DNA of 63,998 nt, filler included, from Neolecta irregularis DAH-3 (taxonomy: Eukaryota), in assembly GCA_001929475.1 (NCBI GenBank). It is 7 parts of 7 records of this genome, joined end to end, with 100 filler letters (N's around TTAATTAATTAA, not from the genome) between each part and the next. Parts side by side here need not be neighbours in the genome. Positions count along the whole stretch, not along the records: positions 1 to 7,553 come from LXFE01001367.1; positions 7,654 to 37,464 come from LXFE01001372.1; 5 more parts are not named here. One strand, given 5' to 3'. Below are positions 1 to 10,005 of this stretch, piece after piece (the first letter of the stretch is position 1; every line of letters starts with the position of its first letter). The notes beneath the pieces are model-generated. The model did no database searches. It was not told the DNA's origin and saw nothing but the letters and a program-made list of their open reading frames with translations. The position numbers and the translations under genes are program-made.

Positions 1-1580
1 GTTTGATTTGGGGGGCCTGTTTGATTTGGAAAGATTGTTGAGGGGAGGATGCTTGTTCGAAAAGGATTTGTATCGGCCGAGGAAGTTAGGTGAGGTTGCA
101 AATTTGAGGGAAATTGAGATGGTTGGTAGAGTGGTGTTGTATAACTTTGTATACTGTCTGCGTCACGGGTGAATCCACCGAAACCGGCGCCTGTAAAGGT
201 TGGTTGTAGAAGCGAGAACTGTTGTGACTGTGGCAGATAGGGATTTTGGTGTTGGAACGGATATGGATTAGATTGTTGGTTTGTGTCTAGCACTTGTGCG
301 TACGAGAGTTGAGGCTGAGAGAATAGTCCAGGTGAAATTGGATGGGGGTCTTCGTTTGGGGAAAAGTCGATTAAATTGACATCATTTTGTTTCAGAGGCT
401 GGAAAGATGGTGAAAAGGGGTTTGTTTTATCGTCAATGGCTGATTTTTTAATTGGGTAAAGGGGGCGAATACCTATCCGCCTTGACTCGACTTTGGGGGC
501 GTTGGCAGAGGAGGAAGAGTTTTTGTTTTGCAAGTACTGTCTGCGGTTTTCCTCGAAATCTGGATCATTGAGATACTCTTCCAAAGCTTTTGTCAAGCTG
601 GTAGGGGCCTGTTTGTGAGGAGCGATATTATGAGGGTGTACGTGTTTTACAATGGGGGTGGCTAATCTGGTGATACTTTCCAAGCGCCTGGCGGTATTAA
701 AGTATTCGACGACGCCCAGAGTCTGTTTTACAAAGATCTTGTAAATAGCCAAAGCTCTCTCTGCGTCTGAGAAGGACATTTCAAAGTAGTGTTCTAGAGG
801 TTGGAGGAGTTGAGAGAGGAGATACCTAGTACGTTGATGACAGCCTCGTTTGCGGCCTGGAACAAGGGTTTCAGGTCTGAGAGGAGGAGGCGAAAGGCGG
901 CCAGGGCGATGTCGTGTTCTGGGGCGTGGTTGAACTAGGAATGAGTGGTGCGGAGCGAGGATGTACCTTGCAGCGCAGCAGAGAAGCTAGTTGTCTCTGG
1001 ACGATTTCTACTTCTCTGAGGAGGCCTTTTTGGGGGGAGAGAGAGCGCAATCTGCCCGAGGTGAGCAGTTCGGCGACATGGTCGATTTTTGTTTTTTCGA
1101 AAGCGATAGCGCGGTCTTGCAGGTACTTTCCGTAGTTTCTGATCAAGACGCCCTGGTCGATTACTCGTTGTCAGAAGCGGGAGAGACGGGTCGAAGCACC
1201 TCCGGACAGATGGGCGGTGTCGAGGAGTCTGGGGGAGCGGGAGAGGTAGTCTAGGGTTGCGTCTTTAGCGCCGTCTCTGATCATGATATGGACGAGGAGC
1301 AGGGCCTTGAAGACGATCTGTGGTCAGAGGGGATGGAGAGAGGGCATGCAGTCCAGGAGGGGTCGTGCAGCCTGGCGGCGAGGGCGCGGAAGACTTCGCC
1401 GAGGCCAGCTTCGCCGGTGCGGGTGGCGAGCAGGATGTGCTCTACGTATTTTGATTTTGGAACGGCGAGCTGGGATTAACAGGGCAGCAGGAGGGGGTAC
1501 TTTGATCTTTGTGGCGCCTGGAGATTAGGAAAGGAAGTGCGGGACGTACCCTTGACGGATTTTTCAAATGAAGAGCCCAT
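1..1580 (-). CDS. YAP1801: ANTH/ENTH-domain clathrin adaptor (AP180/Yap180 family), multi-exon, 3' end runs off the window
   Basis: ATG at 1580 gives MGSSFEKSVKG|ATKIK..KYVEHILLAT..IVFKALLLVHIMIRDG..IRNYGKYLQDRAIAF..KGLLREVEIVQRQL, the typical ANTH N-terminus, split by short GT-AG introns. Confidence 0.88.
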
Positions 1581-1589
1581 GGTTGGGGG

Positions 1590-1880
1590 AGGTGGATGAG
1601 AAATGGGGATGAGGGAGGTGGATGGATGAGGGAGGGAGACAGGGGTTGGTGGATGGATGGATGGAGGGAGAAATGGAGGGGGAGGGGTGTAGGAGAGAGG
1701 GAGAGGGACAGACACGGAGGGAGACAGGGAGGGAGAGGGCGGGAGAGAACAGACAGAGGACAGAGGACAGACAGAGGACAGGACAGATAGAGGAGAGAGG
1801 ACAGAGGAGAGAGGACAGAGGACAGGGAGAGGACAGAGAACAGAAGACAACCACCGATCAGACAACCACCTCAAACCCTA
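1590..1880. repeat. Purine-rich low-complexity block (GGAT, GAGG, GACAGAG repeats) switching to CAACCACC
   Basis: Seen directly. It lies 5' of the ANTH gene (CT-rich on the sense strand) and has the same motif order as 2650-2930. Confidence 0.75.
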
Positions 1881-2249
1881 ACCAATTTCAACCCCAATAA
1901 TCCTCTAAACACCAACCCAACTGTTCAACAACCTAGTTGCAAATTTATAAATACAGGGAATGCATTGGAATGATGTTTAAATTCATGCCACCTCGCACAT
2001 CTTTACCACTATTCGCGCCAGTAGAATGTTGTATCATGTTATGAATGAGATTTCTATGGTGCTTGTTTTATATTTTGCCTTTGTTGATGGGTACATTATT
2101 CCGTCTACATTCAAAGATCATATATAATGTACCTTTAATTTGCATATACATTTAGTTGCATCTGTAGCGAACCGAATATCGAATTTAAACCTTGCTACAA
2201 AGTTCATTAGATTAAATTAGTTTTAAATAAATTCCATGAAATGCCGTTC

Positions 2250-2400
2250 TGCTGGTGCTGCCGAGCATGCTGTCCCACCAGCCAGACTCGAGCTGCGTCA
2301 GCACCTAGATCATCGCCAGGCTGTTGGGCATGAAGTGCGCACTCGCAGCCCCGCTCCAGTGCGGGCTCCATCAGGGCTTTGTGGCGGGCAGTCATGGGCG
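2250..2400 (-). pseudogene. Decayed fragment of a Cdc25/Sdc25-type Ras-GEF N-terminal SH3 domain
   Basis: The minus strand reads LRVR..QPGD/I*VLTQLESGWWDSMLGS, matching fungal Cdc25 SH3 GDVIQVITQLESGWWDG. It has a frameshift, an in-frame TAG at 2305-2307 and a G>S change. Confidence 0.6.
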
Positions 2401-2649
2401 AGTGATCCATGTCCAGCTAATCTTAATGGAACATGGACATGCAATGTCGTGAAGGTTCAGGCTGGAGTGATGGTGGAGACAAAGAGATAAACCCATCTCT
2501 AACCCAATTACATGTTATCTCGTTGTATTGTAAAGCTATCAGCAAGTCACTTCTGGGCAACCATTTTCATCATTCATCAGTAGGCCATGTTGCGAGGGCA
2601 TGCTCTCATGAGACAGAGCTTTGGACATAAAATGTTGTCGAATTAAAAC

Positions 2650-2930
2650 GATGAATATGGATGGATGGATGGATGGATGGATGGGGGAGAGATGGAGGGG
2701 GGGATGGATGAATGAGGGAGAGATGGAGGGAGGGAGACAGGGAGGGAGAGGGACGACAAAGGAGAGAGGAGAGGTCAGGGAGGATAGACGACAGACGACA
2801 GACAAGGCAACCACCAAATCGGGCAACACCACAATCGGGAACCACATCGGGCAACCACCTCAGGACCACCTCAGACACATCAAACATCAACACATCAACA
2901 CCAACACATCAACATCAACACATCAACATC
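2650..2930. repeat. Second purine-rich block (GGAT/GAGG/GACAG) switching to C/A-rich CAACCACC/CAACAT repeats
   Basis: Seen directly, upstream of the lipase ATG. Confidence 0.7.
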
Positions 2931-3039
2931 AAATGGCGCCCATCACCAGCGTCGATGCGCTGCCGCTCTCGCGGTCTATTGCACAGTCGCTGCTGNNNNN
3001 NNNNNATCAACACATCAACATCAACACATCAACACACAA

Positions 3040-4842
3040 ATGGCGCCCATCACCAGCGTCGATGCGCTGCCGCTCTCGCGGTCTATTGCACAGTCGCTGC
3101 TGGACCGGGCGGCGGGGTACGGGCAGTGGCAGGCGGCGGCGGCTGCGCTGGACGCGCTGGACGTGCCGGGCGAGTGGAAGCGGCAGGCGCAGTCTTCGAG
3201 CTACGACGCGGGGCTGCTTGCGGCGCGGCTGCAGCAGCTGCGGGGGGCGCGCGAGGCGCGGGACATGGCGAAGCTTGCGTTTCTGCTGCGCACGGCGCTG
3301 AGCCGCAACCTGGCGGACATGGGCAACGCGCGGCTGTACGCGGTGCTGCGCACGGGCACGAAGCAGCTGGTGGAGGACTACATCCGCGAGGTCGAGTACT
3401 CGCTGGACGCGCTGCTGCTGTGCGCGGGCGACGTGCTGCCGGACGAGCAGCGGCTCGAGTGCCTGACGGCGGCGCGGCAGGCGTTTGGCCGCACGGCGCT
3501 GCTGCTGTCGGGCGGCGCGATGCTCGGGCTGAGCCACATCGGCGTCATCAAGGCGCTGCTGGGCGCGCAGCTGCTGCCGCGCGTGCTCAGCGGCAGCTCG
3601 GCGGGCGCGATCGTGGCCGCGGTGTGCTGCACGCACACGGACGACGAGATCCCCGCGATCATCGCCGAGTTCCCGTTCGCGGACTTTAACGTGTTCAGCC
3701 ACCCGCACCGCCCCGAGTCGCTGCTCGCGCGCCTGGGCCGCTTCCTCAAGCACGGTGCGCCCCTCCCAGAACCCCGACTAACCGCCAGGCGTCTGGCTCG
3801 ACATCGCGCACCTCGCCGGCGTCGTGCGCGAGACGCTGGGCGACATCACCTTCCAGGAGAGCTACCGCCGCACGCGCCGCATCCTCAACATCAGCGTGTC
3901 GTGCTCGTCGCCGTTTGCGATGCCGCGCCTGCTCAACTACCTGACGTCGCCGCACGTCCTCGTCTGGTCCGCCGTCGTCGCCTCGTGCTCGCTGCCGCTG
4001 GTCTTCCGCCCCGTCGCGCTGCTCGCAAAGCACCCGCACTCCGGCGCGCACGTCCCGTGGATCGCCAGCCCCACCAACACCGCCTGGATCGACGGCAGCG
4101 TGCAGGCCGACATCCCCATCGCGCGCCTCGCCGAGCTGTTCAACGTCAACCACTTCATCGTCAGCCAGGTCAACCCGCACGTCGTCCCCTTCCTCAGCCC
4201 CTCCGACGCCCGCGACCAGCCCGCCGGCGCCGGCGCCAGGCTGCTGCGCCTCGCCGCCGCAGAGGTCATGCACCAGCTCGACATGTGCACCGAGCTCGGC
4301 ATCTGCAAGGGCGTCTGCACAAAGCTCCGCTCCATCCTCAGCCAGCGCTACTACGGCGACATCACCATCCTGCCCCAGGTCAACTACAAGCACCTGCCCA
4401 TCCTCCTCGCAAACCCCACCCCAGAGTTCCTCCTCGAGTCCCTGCACAGGGGCGAGCGCGCTACATGGCCAAGTATCTTTTTTTCCCCTTCGCTGCTGAT
4501 CCAGAAATCAACATCATCCGCAACCACTGCGCCATCGAACTCGCGCTCGACAACGCCGTAAACACCCTCCGCAAGAACATCATCTCCCCGCAGTCCCGCT
4601 CCCCGCGCTCCCACTACCGCCACCTGTCCCACGATCCCCACGGCGACCTGCTGAGCATCAGCATTCCTACCCCCAGCAGCGAACTCGACGGCCTCGATTT
4701 CATCAGACATACGAAATCCCAGCCCGCCACCCCGGCCTCCCCTTCTCCTTTCTATTGCGACATGACTACCCCAGAACACTCCTCCATGAAAAAATTCCTC
4801 GGTTGGAGAAGAGAACGATGCGTTACCCCCGGCGATTTTTAG
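3040..4842 (+). CDS. TGL4: Patatin-like triacylglycerol lipase (Tgl3/4/5 family)
   Basis: Motifs FGRTALLLSGG, GSSAG (nucleophile), NYLTSPHVLVWSAVVASCSLP, WIDGS, ELFNVNHFIVSQVNPH and GERATWP. Introns at 3755-3788 and 4473-4504. Confidence 0.9.
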   Translation: MAPITSVDALPLSRSIAQSLLDRAAGYGQWQAAAAALDALDVPGEWKRQAQSSSYDAGLLAARLQQLRGAREARDMAKLAFLLRTALSRNLADMGNARLYAVLRTGTKQLVEDYIREVEYSLDALLLCAGDVLPDEQRLECLTAARQAFGRTALLLSGGAMLGLSHIGVIKALLGAQLLPRVLSGSSAGAIVAAVCCTHTDDEIPAIIAEFPFADFNVFSHPHRPESLLARLGRFLKHGAPLPEPRLTARRLARHRAPRRRRARDAGRHHLPGELPPHAPHPQHQRVVLVAVCDAAPAQLPDVAARPRLVRRRRLVLAAAGLPPRRAARKAPALRRARPVDRQPHQHRLDRRQRAGRHPHRAPRRAVQRQPLHRQPGQPARRPLPQPLRRPRPARRRRRQAAAPRRRRGHAPARHVHRARHLQGRLHKAPLHPQPALLRRHHHPAPGQLQAPAHPPRKPHPRVPPRVPAQGRARYMAKYLFFPFAADPEINIIRNHCAIELALDNAVNTLRKNIISPQSRSPRSHYRHLSHDPHGDLLSISIPTPSSELDGLDFIRHTKSQPATPASPSPFYCDMTTPEHSSMKKFLGWRRERCVTPGDF

Positions 4843-5055
4843 GTACGGTTGCTCGTTGGTTGGTTAGGGTTATATAATTGCTTTAATATCGATTCGAATT
4901 CCGGATGTGATCTGGAGGATCATGATTAGGAATCGGACATTGCGTTGCTTACTATGATTCAGAATCAGACATTCCATTAACTCTATATAATAAACATCCC
5001 CTCTATAACATCCCTTTATAACATCCCTCTATAACATCCCCTCATCCCAATCTTC

Positions 5056-5521
5056 ATGCATATCATCCTCTTGGTTTCCTTCTTCCTGCTCGCATCATGC
5101 GTATGACCTCATTCAAACACACTAAGGCTAGGATTCCCTATACAGAATAATAGGCATCTCTCAAAATGACGTCCTGTACTACCCATACGGCCACACTGCC
5201 CACCCATCATTTATCTTTGCCTCCCAGGAAAAATTCCTAGAAGCAAAATACTTCTTGGTCGATGAATATACAATCGACGACGGCCATATATACTCGAGTT
5301 ATGCAGAATACACCCTCAGCAACGCCGGTTGGATTACCACTCGAGGAGGCAAGGATGCCAGATTCGAAATCGTCGGTGGAAAATTGGTGGTAAATGGCCT
5401 GACGTGGTTGCTCTGTGATCCCGATGAGGGATGGGACGAGGGTGTCAAGTTTTGGGGATGGACAGACTCGGATATCCCCCCTTCCTGCGAAAAAGTAGAT
5501 ATCATAGCAATACACACATAA
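5056..5521 (+). CDS. Small secreted protein (about 144 aa), possibly cell-wall PhiA-like
   Basis: Signal-peptide exon MHIILLVSFFLLASC (5056-5100), 31-nt GT-AG intron 5101-5131, then in-frame exon 2 DSLYRIIG...WLLCDP...PSCEKVDIIAIHT*. Confidence 0.65.
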
Positions 5522-5539
5522 ATATCGAATGAACCCAGA

Positions 5540-5680
5540 TTGATAGAATCATTCAGAAATTGGTACCGAATGATTGATAGAATCTAGATAAAATCATTCA
5601 GAATTGGATTGAACCGAAGAATAGATAGAATCATTCAGAATTGGATTGAACCGAAGAATAGATAGAATCATTCAGAAATT
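5540..5680. repeat. Tandem repeat of about 37 bp (AATCATTCAGAATTGGATTGAACCGAAGAATAGATAG)
   Basis: Two near-perfect copies plus partial copies seen directly. Confidence 0.8.
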
Positions 5681-5964
5681 GGTTATTGGTAACGCGAAGA
5701 TACCGTGGACATGGTGAAGGCAGACTTGCTTACTTGGACTTGATAGTAATATCATAAGAACACATTTTCATCAGTTTATCATCTACACTTTACTATCAAG
5801 TTACCCCCGACCACCTCATCATTTCAGCAATGCAGTGCCAGCACAGCTGGGTCGGAATGACTTGTCAAGTGATAATTTAATTAATATATCTTTTATTCTC
5901 AAGTCCAACTGCCTGCCCTGCGCAAGACTCACAATTATATAACCAAAAGACTCAAGTCTATACA

Positions 5965-6072
5965 AGTAAGTAAGCAAGTTAACAAGTAAGCAAGTTATAA
6001 GTAAGCAAGTTATAAGTAAGCAAGTTAACAAGTAAGCAAGTTAACAAGTAAGCAAGTTAACAAGTAAGCAAG
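5965..6072. repeat. 15-bp minisatellite AAGTAAGCAAGTTA(AC/T)
   Basis: About seven tandem copies seen directly. Confidence 0.85.
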
Positions 6073-6117
6073 TCTTAATATTCAAAATGAGCAAGTAACC
6101 AAGTCCAAAGGCCAGAC

Positions 6118-7535
6118 TTACTTAATAGCAGGTCTGGGTGAAGGGAATCCAGCATGCGCTCCTGCCTCAACGTCTCGTAATTTGAATTCGGTCATCGCGC
6201 ATTTACAATTCGAAATATCAGGGAACAGAGAACTAATAGATGTGGGATAAACGTGATTCATCTTTTCGTCAAAAGTAAATTTCAGAGGCGCAGCAAAAGA
6301 GTTTCGAGCACGTTCTTCTTTTGACAACATATTCTCTTGGACTAGTACGTGAGTTTTGGAAAAAAGTGTTTAATACGCTTCATTGCAGATAACAATCTTT
6401 TCTCATCAATAAAAGGAATTTTGACAACTGCCTCCCATTTATTTTTCTTTCCATTCATATCCTGCTCAAAGCTCTGGGGATAAAAGTCCAAAATGGGTGA
6501 AGTCTCGTCACTCATCAGTCCCTAAGAGTCAATTAGGCGTCATGGGTAAAGCTGCCCTAAATGCAGGTGGAATCAAGTTTTGACTCTGTGAAGGAAGAAC
6601 TCCCATCAGCTGCTCAAAAGGGTTGAGTGGGGTTCCCAGTTGAAAATCAAGATTGCCGTAAAGGCCTTTCTTCAGATCTATTGCATGAGCACATATTCTA
6701 AAATTACACACCTGATATCTTTGGAGAATAGTGATAATGATAAAACCAACCCCAACTGGCAACCCCGCTGTAGTAATAAAACAGAACCCATTGAAGACCT
6801 TGAATATAATTTTCCGTCATTTTACCTAGATTTTCCTCGTCATTCAAACTGAATCCGACTGTATCCTGCAGATTTGTACGATTTCCGATATTACCGTACC
6901 TTGTAATACTCATCTTTCCATTGGTCAAACTTTGCAGACGTCGAAGAATTCCGCTTCTGGGTTTCACTTTTCAACTCGAAAAACTCTCTTTCAAATTTCT
7001 CAAGTTCTTCAAGGACCAATGCCAACCTTGACATATTAATGACCCCACCATTGTTGATGTAACCCCCAGATTTAGGCAGTATGATTTTATATGCGTTATA
7101 CATAAGGACTAAAGCGCCTTTATTGATGTGCAAATTCGGCAAGTGTGGCAAGAAATCATTTCCGATAAAAAATGTTAATAAAATGAAATCGTCGATTATC
7201 CGTTCGAGGTCATAGTCAAATTCCAGACTTTCACGAAGAGACTCAAACTCTAAATCAAGGTATTCTCGAAGGATTGAAAAACGAAGCAAGAAGAAATTTG
7301 TCGATTCAAGACTATTTATTAATGAGGCGTGCAAGAGAAGATACTCTTTCAATTTCTTCCCAAAAGTAACTTGTTCACGCAATAAGCTGACATTCGGGTC
7401 GTGCAACAGAAGCCCAAGCATGATTAAATCTGCATCAAGACCATATAAACAATGCCGGGTATTTGGATCGTAGTCTGGTTGGGCTTGTGCATGACGAATA
7501 TACTCCATGATCTTGTGTTCCCCTTCTCCAGGCGT
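6118..7535 (-). CDS. XRN1: XRN1-family 5'-3' exoribonuclease; N-terminus lost in the gap, C-terminally truncated or compacted copy
   Basis: Motifs [73 protein letters not shown] and [12 protein letters not shown]. Homology ends at AGFPS, followed by RPAIK*. Confidence 0.8.
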
Positions 7536-7553
7536 CTCAAGTCAGCAGCTATC

Positions 7554-7652
7554 NNNNNNNNNNNNNNNNNNNNNNNNNNNNNNNNNNNNNNNNNNNNTTA
7601 ATTAATTAANNNNNNNNNNNNNNNNNNNNNNNNNNNNNNNNNNNNNNNNNNN
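7554..7652. other. Artificial contig linker (N-run + TTAATTAATTAA + N-run); also at about 37509, 39822, 51206, 60324 and 62833
   Basis: An identical six-frame-stop 12-mer sits inside N runs six times. Confidence 0.95.
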
Positions 7653-9368
7653 NTCATTCTAGAGGATGGAAGGTTGTCTACTGAAATCACAATAGGTCCC
7701 AAAAGACCAGCATCGAGGATAAACCCATTCCTATAGTTCAACCCTCAGACAGCCCTCTCATGTCTACCCTTGCGACAAATTTTGGTCAATTGGAGATAGA
7801 AGACGGGGTTCAGTTATATCATCGAGATTTTTCTATTGAATTTTTTGGATTTCCGCAGTTGCTTAATCATGTAGTTTGTGCTTATTCGAGCCTTCCGCTG
7901 ACTCTCAACATCCCGAACGTTTCCGATCACCAAACCTCATCTTTGGATTTAACATTGGAAACACGACTTGCGCCGATTTCCGAATATTCTGATCTTATTC
8001 TATCGGTTTTACCCAGCAGGGAATCGACTGATGCCTTGGTCGAGAAGTACTTCACATTCATACCTTGTAATCGTTTCCTTGTCGAGAAAGAGAGATTCTA
8101 TATTGAATATGAGGAGTTTTGGAGTGCGTCTGCGATTGACCCATTCTTCTTGGCTCTCTTATTCGCTATGATTTCAACTCCGATCGGGATAAGCGGAGAG
8201 GAAAATGGAACCCTAGATCAGAGGCAAAAAGACTACAAAAATCGTTTATCAGAGGCCTCAACGGAATGTCTCGAACGGGGGAAATATATGGAACGTTATT
8301 GCCTGAGAGTATTGCAAGCAATGCTCGTCAATATAGATAACTTTTGGATGCATAAGAAAAGCAGAGATTTCCCTACTCATTTTTGGCTGACTCAATAGTT
8401 AATACTTTCATAAATGCTGGAATGTTAGTATCGATGGCGCATGGCCTGGGGTAAGTAACACTTCAATTCAATAAATTGTTGATATTTAAGACTACACCGT
8501 GATCCAACAAACATACATGGCATTGAAGAAATCGAATTTGAACACAGGCGTCGTTTGTGGCTTCTGGTTCTAACGATTGATGTGTAGATTTTCCAATCTT
8601 CAACCCTGACTTACTTCTTTTAGGCATTTCTCGTGGCTTGAGGGTTTGCCGTTACATGTTGTTCCTGCGGAAACTGATACATTGGCACCCACCTATTCTC
8701 CACATGTAGATGGTGATACTGATACGGCTCGAAAACACTTCAAACACATGATACTTCTCTATCATTTGATGCACGTCTGGGCATCTATTCATCAATCTAC
8801 ACGTGCATTACAACCGCCGGTGTATGAAATGATTCGGCACACTCAACACTTCATTTGGGAAATCAGCTCTACTGCTGCCCAGTCGCTGAAGATTGACGAG
8901 AATGAGCCAGACGCTTGTATTCTATGGGAGGCATGCGAGATAGAATTTTCAATTTGCCGAGCACAGCTTACTTTACATCTTTCCCACATTTCCACACATC
9001 TGGAATCTAAACAACTGGCTTTCAATGCAGCAATTCGAAGCCTACGATGCTTACTCATTATCAACGGGCATCGGCGTAATGACCTAGCAAGATTCAAATG
9101 GCGTGCCTACTTTTGGATCGTCCGCGAGGCTATGATTGCAACCCTTCTATCTGCTTTGCTCGTCACGTCAGAAAAACTCCCAGAAGAAAAGGAAGTATGG
9201 GAACTGATTCACAGAGCTCATGAAAATTTGTGTTTGAAAGAAGTGAAACGTCATCTTGGTCGAGACATTGGAATTCTCGATGTTATCGAACGACTGAGAT
9301 TTGATAGGCTGCTGAATCAAGACTTAATTAAGGATATTCAATGGGAATGGGTTCGGTCCTTTCAGTAA
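7653..9368 (+). CDS. Fungal-specific transcription factor (Fungal_trans/middle homology region); Zn2Cys6 N-terminus probably in the gap
   Basis: LPSRESTDALVEKYF and AHGLG|LHRDP..EFEHRRRLW. Colinear similarity to the neighbouring TF at 10006-11994. Confidence 0.8.
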
Positions 9369-10005
9369 CGACAATGATGTGAGATAACGCCACATTGATT
9401 TTTCTTTGTTTTTCCCGTTGTCAAAACGTAATCTCAGGCGTGCGAGTTTTCATAGGAGTGTAGAGGATGTGGCACGGTCAACAAAATCAACAAAATATTA
9501 GTATTTCCTACGGGAAACTACTCAACCTTCCTCCCCCTCCCTGTCCATTTCCTTTTCTCTTTGTCCAAGAACTTAGCTTTTAAAGTCATTTCTGTATGAT
9601 AGGCAGATAAATCCCGCAATATGAAACTTATTTCAATAACTACTGAAAAGGAGATCGCTCTATGCTGACTAGGATGACTTGTCATCGCGGACCACAGCTA
9701 CGAGCGCGCACAGATGGACTATCAACGAGATTATAGGATTCTGAATACTGAAATATATTATTATGCAATCAACTAACGGTAAAAGTCTGTGAATAGTTAT
9801 ACAAGGTAAAAAGAGGGATCTTTTAAACAAAGCCTTGCCCTCCCAAAGAAAGAAGTAATTTGAGTGATATTCTACGGAGATTTAGACAAACACCCAATAA
9901 TATGTACAGAAAACTCTGCAAAATTATACATTCCATCCAAATTCAAGGAGTACAGGATCCTTGTAGAATATAAGAATACCAAGGAAGAGACGTTTGCATG
10001 AATGT

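Noticed and set aside
1873..1883. AAACCCTAACC telomere-like motif (also TTAGGG at about 4864 and 41505)
   Set aside because: Single isolated copies; insufficient for a telomere or telomerase-RNA template claim.
2933..3102. Apparent duplication of the lipase start (MAPITSVDALPLSRSIAQSLL twice)
   Set aside because: Identical copies on either side of a 10-N gap: an unmerged contig overlap.
2621..4779. Long overlapping and antisense ORFs over the lipase
   Set aside because: A by-product of extreme GC content (few stop codons) and low-complexity sequence; no independent motifs.
7598..7609. Recurring TTAATTAATTAA motif
   Set aside because: An artificial six-frame-stop scaffold linker, always embedded in Ns.
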